Shown here: positions 58,428 to 64,000 of the stretch, piece by piece
Numbering within the stretch: the stretch's first letter is position 1
How the letters are laid out: each line of letters begins with the position of its first letter
IMG/VR virus record: IMGVR_UViG_3300008116_000004
Origin: a virus
Direction: 5' to 3' (one strand)
Length of the DNA: 64,000 bases
Made by a program: the position numbers and the translations under genes
The notes under the pieces: generated by a model
Told to the model about the DNA's origin: nothing
The model's database searches: none
The model's input: only the letters and a program-made list of their open reading frames with translations

Positions 58428-58507
58428 GAGACCGTTGACTCGCCGGATAGTCTCACTGGTTAATTCCAGGTGCCTGTTGCGCTTTTCTATAGAGGCGTGG
58501 CCGGTAC
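58428..58507. ncRNA. Candidate structured RNA between tRNA-Thr and tRNA-Cys
   Basis: GC-rich 80 nt: GAGAC/GTCTC stem whose loop GCCGG can pair with terminal CCGGT; CTGG/CCAG hairpin; no ORF. Confidence 0.4.
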
Positions 58508-58511
58508 ATAA

Positions 58512-58587
58512 TGGTGCCCACAACAAGATTCGAACTCGTGACCTACTGATTACTAATCAGTTGCTCTACCAACTGAGCTATGTGGGC
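58512..58587 (-). tRNA. tRNA-Thr(AGT)
   Basis: GCCC acceptor; ACTGA-TT-AGT-AA-TCAGT. Confidence 0.92.
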
Positions 58588-59312
58588 TAAAAATGATTAT
58601 TTTTTAATAAACTAAATTTCTTAAAAGTAGAAGCGTCTTCTTTTGTAACTTGCCTTACTGTAATATTATTTTTTTCCATCTTAAATGGTATAATTTTTAC
58701 AATAGGAGTGCCAGCTTTAAGTACTTCTTCTGTACCTAATTTATTCCACTGAATAGCGACATTTATCTGTTGATCTGTACCAGCTGGAAGTAATCCTGGT
58801 ATTACTGTAAATCTTTCTTCATTATCATACCAGACGGGTAAAAATAATGCACCATAATCTTTAGGAAGTTTTATACACCATCTTGTAGGTATCTGAAGAA
58901 TAAACTTTAAAGTATTATCTCTATAAAAATAAGGTGAATACATCTCTTTTGGAAAATGAGATATTTCATTATTAAAATATGTATTTTGTTTTAAATATTC
59001 TGATGCATATTTTTCAGTATTCGTAGCTGACTTCCATTCATAGTACTCACCATCTTCTGATGTGCGAATATGAATATCTTGCCACAATCTTATTACATGT
59101 CCATATTTGTAATATTCGATAATAGCAGGGCAGTTTTTTAAATTTACTTCTGAAGTATAATTAAGTTCTGGGTTTAGTTTTGATGGTTTAATATTCTTAA
59201 AGATATTTGCAATATCTTTTTTACCATTATCTGGTGGAAATGTTTCTAATAATTCTGGAATGATAGGGTAGAATTCTATCTTTGGTTTATTAAAAAAACT
59301 AAACAATGTCAC
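58587..59312 (-). CDS. Hypothetical protein (DUF6065-like), paralog B
   Basis: Shares KNCP, WQD, LFLPVWYDNE.RF.VIPGLL and KAGTP with 57542-58246. Confidence 0.6.
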   Translation of the reverse strand: MTLFSFFNKPKIEFYPIIPELLETFPPDNGKKDIANIFKNIKPSKLNPELNYTSEVNLKNCPAIIEYYKYGHVIRLWQDIHIRTSEDGEYYEWKSATNTEKYASEYLKQNTYFNNEISHFPKEMYSPYFYRDNTLKFILQIPTRWCIKLPKDYGALFLPVWYDNEERFTVIPGLLPAGTDQQINVAIQWNKLGTEEVLKAGTPIVKIIPFKMEKNNITVRQVTKEDASTFKKFSLLKNNHF

Positions 59313-59322
59313 ACCTTTAAAC

Positions 59323-59383
59323 TGGGCGGGAGAAAAGGATTTAACCTTTTAATTGCAGCTGCTGTTTCCAAACAGCTCTCCCG
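59323..59383 (-). ncRNA. tRNA-like RNA lacking an anticodon arm
   Basis: CGGGAGA/TCTCCCG acceptor stem + C-CCA, GCTGTTT-GG-AAACAGC arm, AAAGG-TTAAAT-CCTTT T-like arm; 61 nt. Confidence 0.65.
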
Positions 59384-59386
59384 ATA

Positions 59387-59461
59387 TGGTGCCCAAAGAG
59401 AGGATTGAACTCCCGACCTATCGCTTACAAGGCGATTGCACTACCGCTGTGCTATTTGGGC
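59387..59461 (-). tRNA. tRNA-Thr(TGT)
   Basis: CT-TGT-AA. Confidence 0.95.
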
Positions 59462-59506
59462 AATCATTTTATATGATAGATTAAATTATAATATAATGCA
59501 ACTATT

Positions 59507-60424
59507 TTAAGACCAGGTAGCTTTAAATCCACCAGATGCACCTGCTGCACCATTACCTAAATTACCTGCGGAACCTGCACCGCCTGACCCAACAGTATAT
59601 CTAATAACTAATCCCGGGGTAATTTGCGCTCTGGTAAAAGTTAAAGACGCATAAGCACCACTACCACCTGATCCACCAGCTGCTCTGTTAGGGTTTGCAT
59701 TTTTACCTGATTGAAAGTCACTATAACCACCTGATCCGCCACCACCTCCTGGTGCTCTACCAGGAGAACCGTTTTTACCATTTATATTATGCGCACCCCT
59801 TGTACCACCTGTACCACCGTTAGGAGCATTCCCACCATTAGCACCAGTACCACCACCTGCATCACCATTACCACCTGAATTGCCGTTTGTTTTTACTATT
59901 GTACTAGTAGTGAAAGTACCTGTATTAGAAGCAGTGCCGCCGCCACCACCAGAACCATTCTGGTTACCATATCTATAACCACTAGTTCCACCTCCACCAC
60001 CTGTTGCAGTAAGTGTAGAAGAATTTATTACTATAGAAGATGTACCACCACTCCCACCAGATGCTTTAACTGAATCATGATCTGCAGCACCTGCTCCACC
60101 CCCTGCACCCCATATTTCAAATTTTATATTGTTTCTAAAAACCGGTATAGTAAAAGATTTGTTAGATCCAGCTGTGTTATCTGTAGAAGAACCTGGTGGA
60201 GCAGGATCAGAAGAAGTTTTATCGTAGAAGTCAGAAAAACTTATAGGAGCTGTTGTTGTAAACCTACCTTGATTAAAAGGATAGAGTGATCCGTAAAAGG
60301 TTACACCTTTGTAATCGTTAACATCTCTTGTTTTACCTAAAGGATCATTACCTGAACCAAAAACATTAAATATTTCCGATACTGATATAGATTGACCTGA
60401 GGTAGGTGTATTAGCTGATGGCAT
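59507..60424 (-). CDS. Glycine-rich virion/fibre-associated protein
   Basis: PTSGQSISVS, ISFSDFY, WGAGGGAG and many Gly runs. Confidence 0.65.
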   Translation of the reverse strand: MPSANTPTSGQSISVSEIFNVFGSGNDPLGKTRDVNDYKGVTFYGSLYPFNQGRFTTTAPISFSDFYDKTSSDPAPPGSSTDNTAGSNKSFTIPVFRNNIKFEIWGAGGGAGAADHDSVKASGGSGGTSSIVINSSTLTATGGGGGTSGYRYGNQNGSGGGGGTASNTGTFTTSTIVKTNGNSGGNGDAGGGTGANGGNAPNGGTGGTRGAHNINGKNGSPGRAPGGGGGSGGYSDFQSGKNANPNRAAGGSGGSGAYASLTFTRAQITPGLVIRYTVGSGGAGSAGNLGNGAAGASGGFKATWS

Positions 60425-60432
60425 TTTTATTC

Positions 60433-60930
60433 TTACCTTTTAATATATAAAAGTTCTGACCCTTCGGGTACTGTAATGTTTGCCACTTTACCATTAGGTA
60501 TTCTTGCATAATTAAATTGCTTTAGTTGCTTATCATTAATTATTGCAGTACCTTTTACACATATTATATTTTGTTCTTCCTCTGTACCTTGTATGGATGT
60601 ACTTTGTTTAATAAGTACCATATCAAAAAATTTATCTGCAGGTATAGGGTTAATGCATATCCAAGTTGCACCTCTGTCACCTGCAACAAACTTATATGGT
60701 TTTTTATAAAAGTATCTAATATCCCAGGCATTAGATACATCTGATTTGTTATGATATGAACCGTCACCGTTATATACTGTACCACTACCTTCTAGTAAAT
60801 AGAATATTTGGCTAAATCTTGCATCTGAAGAGACATCTTCTTGAGTATACTCATAAAAGTCATTAGAGGTAATATGACCTCTACACATTGCAAAACCTTT
60901 ACAAACTGAAAGTGTGCTTATAAGTTTCAT
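60433..60930 (-). CDS. Cupin-like hypothetical protein
   Basis: YLLEGSG, ICVKGT..IND beta-strand pattern. Confidence 0.5.
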   Translation of the reverse strand: MKLISTLSVCKGFAMCRGHITSNDFYEYTQEDVSSDARFSQIFYLLEGSGTVYNGDGSYHNKSDVSNAWDIRYFYKKPYKFVAGDRGATWICINPIPADKFFDMVLIKQSTSIQGTEEEQNIICVKGTAIINDKQLKQFNYARIPNGKVANITVPEGSELLYIKR

Positions 60931-61271
60931 ATTTCAACTTCCAGTGAATCACCTAATTTTAATTCATCTGCAGTATGTATAGAATGAACAGGTCTAACAT
61001 CCGACATATTTAAATTATATTCTTTATTAGAAATACTTTCAAAAAAATCATGTGATAATTTATCTGATTTAATTTTTTGATCAAGATAATCAGAACCAAT
61101 AAGTGCTAATAGTTTTACTAACTCTTCTTCTGTATCAGCATTAAAATTTACTGAATTAAACGAATATGGTGTAGTTTCATAATGTTTACCTTCATGTAAA
61201 CAGCTAAAAGAAACTATAAGAGAATTACTCTCTCTATCATAATTTTCAATTTTTACTTTAACTGATTCCAT
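60927..61271 (-). CDS. Hypothetical protein
   Basis: AGGTGA SD; TATAAATA late promoter at about 61299-61306. Confidence 0.55.
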   Translation of the reverse strand: MESVKVKIENYDRESNSLIVSFSCLHEGKHYETTPYSFNSVNFNADTEEELVKLLALIGSDYLDQKIKSDKLSHDFFESISNKEYNLNMSDVRPVHSIHTADELKLGDSLEVEI

Positions 61272-61309
61272 AACATATCACCTTTTTGTTAATATGTTAT
61301 ATTTATAAA

Positions 61310-61355
61310 TGCAGGCTAACCGTGGCACTACGCGAGTCTATTAAGCGACCAACCT
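61310..61355 (-). ncRNA. Candidate small three-stem RNA
   Basis: AGGTTGG/TTAGCCT closing stem (G-U pairs on the minus strand) enclosing GTC/GAC and CGT/ACG hairpins. Confidence 0.35.
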
Positions 61356-61401
61356 TAATAAATATTACTGGCTCAATGTTGAGCTGTATGGAGGATCCAA
61401 G

Positions 61402-61635
61402 ATGGATATTCTAAAAACTATTAAAACATGGGCAGGTGCTCTTGCTGATGTGGCAGTATCAGTTCTCGCACTTATGATTGTTGTAGGTGTATTATTTAAG
61501 GGTATTGCAATTCCATTTCTACCTAACGTAGATGTTATTGCTAATGTAACATCAATTGTTAAGTCACTAGGCTCAGAAGGACTTGTTGGTTTAGTCGCTA
61601 TCTGGGTATTGCATAGTATATGGAAAAATAGATAA
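61402..61635 (+). CDS. Two-TM membrane protein
   Basis: GGAGG SD; LGSEGLVGL. Confidence 0.7.
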   Translation: MDILKTIKTWAGALADVAVSVLALMIVVGVLFKGIAIPFLPNVDVIANVTSIVKSLGSEGLVGLVAIWVLHSIWKNR

Positions 61636-61661
61636 TAGTTTAATTGAAAGTTTTTATTATT

Positions 61662-61692
61662 AAAGCTCTCATCGTAAGGTGAGAGCTTTTTT
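61662..61692. terminator. Terminator (probably bidirectional)
   Basis: aaagctctcatc-gtaa-ggtgagagcttttt. Confidence 0.7.
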
Positions 61693-61695
61693 ATT

Positions 61696-61771
61696 TGGTG
61701 CGGTGTACGGGAATCGAACCCATCTCTGGACCTTGAAAGGGTCTTATCCTAAACCGATAGACGAACACCGC
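61696..61771 (-). tRNA. tRNA-Glu(TTC)
   Basis: CT-TTC-AA. Confidence 0.9.
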
Positions 61772-61772
61772 A

Positions 61773-61846
61773 TGGCTGGGGGACAGGGACTCGAACCCCG
61801 ATAACAGGAATCAAAATCCTAGGTCCTACCATTAGACGATCCCCCA
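61773..61846 (-). tRNA. tRNA-Gln(TTG)
   Basis: U1-A72; TT-TTG-AT. Confidence 0.93.
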
Positions 61847-61852
61847 AAAAAA

Positions 61853-61926
61853 TGGTCCTCCGACAAGGTATCGATCCTTGGTCTCTCGATTATCAGTCGA
61901 GTGCTCTACCTTTGAGCTATCAGAGG
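61853..61926 (-). tRNA. tRNA-Ile(GAT), atypical T-loop
   Basis: CT-GAT-AA; T-loop ATCGATA. Confidence 0.88.
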
Positions 61927-61927
61927 A

Positions 61928-62002
61928 TGGTGCAAATAGTTGGAGTCGAACCAACCTTAAAAGCCTTATGAGGACTCCTCGACACCTTGCCGACCTACTT
62001 GC
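61928..62002 (-). tRNA. tRNA-CAT (Ile2/lysidine or elongator Met)
   Basis: CT-CAT-AA, paired G1-C72, A73; identity unresolved. Confidence 0.8.
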
Positions 62003-62003
62003 A

Positions 62004-62078
62004 TGGTACCGTCTCCCAGAATTGAACTGGATCTTTCAGAGCCACAATCTGACGTGACTACCACTACACTAAGACGGC
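62004..62078 (-). tRNA. tRNA-His(GTG) lacking G-1
   Basis: TT-GTG-GC; G1:U72, A73; the -1 base is T. Confidence 0.92.
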
Positions 62079-62079
62079 A

Positions 62080-62156
62080 TGGAGCTCCCAAGAGGACTCA
62101 AACCCCTAACCTCCACGTCCGTAGCGTGGCGCTCTATCCAGTTGAGCTATGGAAGC
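62080..62156 (-). tRNA. tRNA-Arg(ACG)
   Basis: CT-ACG-GA. Confidence 0.92.
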
Positions 62157-62159
62157 TTA

Positions 62160-62501
62160 TTAATTGCAGATTGTATTGTAAATCATTTGATCAGCAGCAG
62201 TCTTAATAGAATGAAATCTATCTAACACGTTATAGTTAACTCTTGGAGGATCATCTCTATAACTTTCTATAGCTACTAATGTTTTATACTGCTTGGTAAT
62301 ACAGTCCCACTCTACTTTGGCAAGTAACCATGTACGATCATATCGTAGGAGTTTTTGCCAGACTGTAACTCTATCTGCTAGTTTAATTGTAGGTTGTAAT
62401 ATTTTTATTTGATAATGTTTAGTAGTTTCAATCACTAACCATTCTTCTGCATAAGCAGGTAAATAAAATAACGAAAATAATATAACTAATATTTTTTTCA
62501 T
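62160..62501 (-). CDS. Secreted hypothetical protein
   Basis: Start revised to MKKILVIL (track ORF overlaps tRNA-Pro); signal peptide AYA-EEW, two Cys. Confidence 0.55.
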   Translation of the reverse strand: MKKILVILFSLFYLPAYAEEWLVIETTKHYQIKILQPTIKLADRVTVWQKLLRYDRTWLLAKVEWDCITKQYKTLVAIESYRDDPPRVNYNVLDRFHSIKTAADQMIYNTICN

Positions 62502-62518
62502 TAAATATTTATGTAAAT

Positions 62519-62595
62519 TGGTCTGCCTAGTAGGATTCGAACCTACGACCCCTTGACTCCAAATCAAGTGCGCTACCAGACTGCGCTACAGGCAG
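62519..62595 (-). tRNA. tRNA-Pro(TGG)
   Basis: C1-G72; TT-TGG-AG (A37). Confidence 0.92.
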
Positions 62596-62598
62596 ATA

Positions 62599-62949
62599 TT
62601 AAATTAAATTCTGTGCTAATACCATACAGCTTATCCATACCCATATAGTATTAAACCCTACAAGAGTAGGTAGTAGTTTTTTATTACTAGCCCATATTAA
62701 CGTTAAACTAGTTGCTAAAGTAAAGAAATATAACCACCATATTTGTATATTAAAAATTAAACCAGGAACAATAATGATTGCTTTTGCAAGCCAACTAGCA
62801 AACTCTACTTTGTTATAGTTAGTCCAATATTCTCTAGTAAACCACATCTTATAACAATTTTTAATATTATTAAAACCACTATGACTATATGTTATTGAAA
62901 TACTAATAAACCATAAAATGGTAGCAATAATTATTTGTTGTTGTGTCAT
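62599..62949 (-). CDS. Membrane protein
   Basis: Multiple TM helices; AAGGA SD. Confidence 0.6.
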   Translation of the reverse strand: MTQQQIIIATILWFISISITYSHSGFNNIKNCYKMWFTREYWTNYNKVEFASWLAKAIIIVPGLIFNIQIWWLYFFTLATSLTLIWASNKKLLPTLVGFNTIWVWISCMVLAQNLI

Positions 62950-62960
62950 AATAAATCCTT

Positions 62961-63036
62961 TGGTAGATCCATCCGGACTCGAACCGGAAACCTTTCGGTT
63001 AAAAGCCGCTTGCTCTACCTATTGAGCTATGGATCC
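62961..63036 (-). tRNA. tRNA-Lys(TTT)
   Basis: CT-TTT-AA. Confidence 0.9.
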
Positions 63037-63094
63037 AAAAGAAAAAGGGGAGCACTAAGCCCCCCTTTATGAACCCATAACGGTGACTTAGATA

Positions 63095-63349
63095 TTAAGC
63101 AAAAGCTTCTGCACCGAGAACTGCATAACCAGCAGCGACGACTCGACGTGAAGCCTTACCAAGACGGTACTTGTTGGTTACACGACCTTTAGTATCGGTG
63201 TGCTTGTTGAGGTAAATAGGGAAGCCTTCTGAACGAAGAGTATGGATAACTCCACGAGCATTAGCAATTCCAAAGCGAGCAGAAATCTGCTTGCCAGTAA
63301 GTTCTTCACCAGACATAAGAGCTTCGAGGACACGATTAGTAGTAGTCAT
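63095..63349 (-). CDS. Winged-helix DNA-binding protein
   Basis: VLEAL.SGEELT..QI.ARFG...R..I..LR.EG..IYLN; GGAGA SD at the revised start. Confidence 0.75.
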   Translation of the reverse strand: MTTTNRVLEALMSGEELTGKQISARFGIANARGVIHTLRSEGFPIYLNKHTDTKGRVTNKYRLGKASRRVVAAGYAVLGAEAFA

Positions 63350-63440
63350 ATGTTTTCTCCATAATATAGAAATGAGCACTGTGCTCTGTTATTAACATTA
63401 ATAATATACGATAGTTACATAATTAATGCAACAATAAATT

Positions 63441-63632
63441 AGCGATAGTCTTTTTTGTGTCAGGAAGACTATCAAACCCCGTATAGACAGCCCATCCCAC
63501 GTTTCGTCTATAGCGGAAGCAGAGTATACCGAGCAGGAGGCCCGAGTGGGTCTGCTACTAAACCTCACGCTTTGGTCTAGTTTGTCTGAAATTAAACGAC
63601 TACCCAGGTATGACTACCGTAGTATTCAGATC
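63441..63632 (-). ncRNA. Candidate multi-hairpin ncRNA downstream of tRNA-Tyr
   Basis: Stems TCTGAA/TTCAGA, ACTAGACC/GGTTTAGT, AGCAG/CTGCT, TATAGAC/GTCTATA, GATAGTCTT/AAGACTATC; elevated GC; no credible ORF. Confidence 0.5.
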
Positions 63633-63636
63633 AAAA

Positions 63637-63721
63637 TGGTGGGAGAGGAAGGACTCGAACCTACGAAGTCATAGACAAGAGATTTACAGTCTCCCCCCTT
63701 TGCCGCTCGGGACACTCTCCC
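63637..63721 (-). tRNA. tRNA-Tyr(GTA)
   Basis: CT-GTA-AA; long V-arm. Confidence 0.93.
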
Positions 63722-63731
63722 AAAAATTTAA

Positions 63732-63888
63732 AGCTGGGTTACTCATTCCCAGCAGTCGATCTTCAAACGTGTCGACAGGTTCAGGACTTAAGACGTCTGT
63801 GCAGATGGAACCTCAGCCGTCCACTAGCTATATCCTCACTCAATTGCACAGCCATTAGTGAGGGATTAATAGGGATTCCAACCCCTAC
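63732..63888 (-). ncRNA. Candidate pseudoknotted ncRNA between tRNA-Ser and tRNA-Tyr
   Basis: Stems TAGGG/CCCTA, CCTCACT/AGTGAGG, AGGTTC/GAACCT, GTCGA/TCGAC, GCTGGG/CCCAGC; loop CTGTGCA complementary to TGCACAG. Confidence 0.6.
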
Positions 63889-63893
63889 AATAT

Positions 63894-63983
63894 TGGCGGA
63901 AAGGGTGAGATTCGAACTCACGGTACCTTTGCAGGCACTTCGGTTTTCAAGACCGACGGATTAAACCACTCTCCCACCTTTCC
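63894..63983 (-). tRNA. tRNA-Ser(TGA)
   Basis: CT-TGA-AA; long V-arm. Confidence 0.93.
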
Positions 63984-63988
63984 AATAT

Positions 63989-64000
63989 TGGCTCCGTGGG
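63989..64000 (-). tRNA. Partial tRNA 3' end (possibly Asn)
   Basis: CCCACGGAGCCA at the window edge. Confidence 0.5.

Noticed and set aside
58428-58507. HDV-like theta ribozyme or SAM-SAH riboswitch assignment
   Set aside because: Could not fit the nested P1/P2/P3/P1.1 topology, it does not start at the tRNA 3' end, and the riboswitch resemblance is only a few bases; kept as unassigned.
59507-60424. Gly-codon (ccacc) repeats as a DNA repeat element
   Set aside because: Explained by low-complexity protein sequence.
62003-62206. Plus-strand ORF (similarly 63610-63858, 56461-56703, 34163-34411, 47843-48139)
   Set aside because: Antisense shadows of tRNAs or real genes; no SD or recognisable protein features.
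34362-64000. Stop-codon reassignment / suppressor tRNA
   Set aside because: No CTA, TTA or TCA anticodon found, and genes tile fully under the standard code.

Overview
A 64-kb AT-rich, gene-dense segment of a large T4-like myophage genome, almost all on the minus strand. T4-type markers include gp61 primase, RNase H, PhoH, ThyX, class II RNR, glutaredoxin, TATAAATA late promoters and proteins with T4-style capsid-targeting N-termini. Several independent signals point to an alphaproteobacterial, probably Hyphomicrobiales/Rhizobiales-like, host: a circularly permuted two-piece tmRNA (tag ANDNNAYGAYALAA), a tRNA-His lacking G-1 with U72/A73, a rhizobial-style AcpS and a DLP-K-type outer-membrane protein. 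The window holds 24 complete tRNA genes plus a partial one, several candidate structured ncRNAs, a phosphate module (Pho boxes, pstS, phoH), a large glycosylation/methylation island and a divergent early region. The most striking items are: (1) a phage-encoded acyl-chain module (ACP, KAS II/FabF and a His-box desaturase, plus a separate AcpS); (2) a HiPIP iron-sulfur protein carrying a capsid-targeting-like leader instead of a Tat signal; (3) non-canonical tRNA-like RNAs (an anticodon-less 61-nt CCA-ended RNA, Thr-AGT, and Leu-TAG without a long variable arm). All calls are from motif recognition by eye; no database searches were run.
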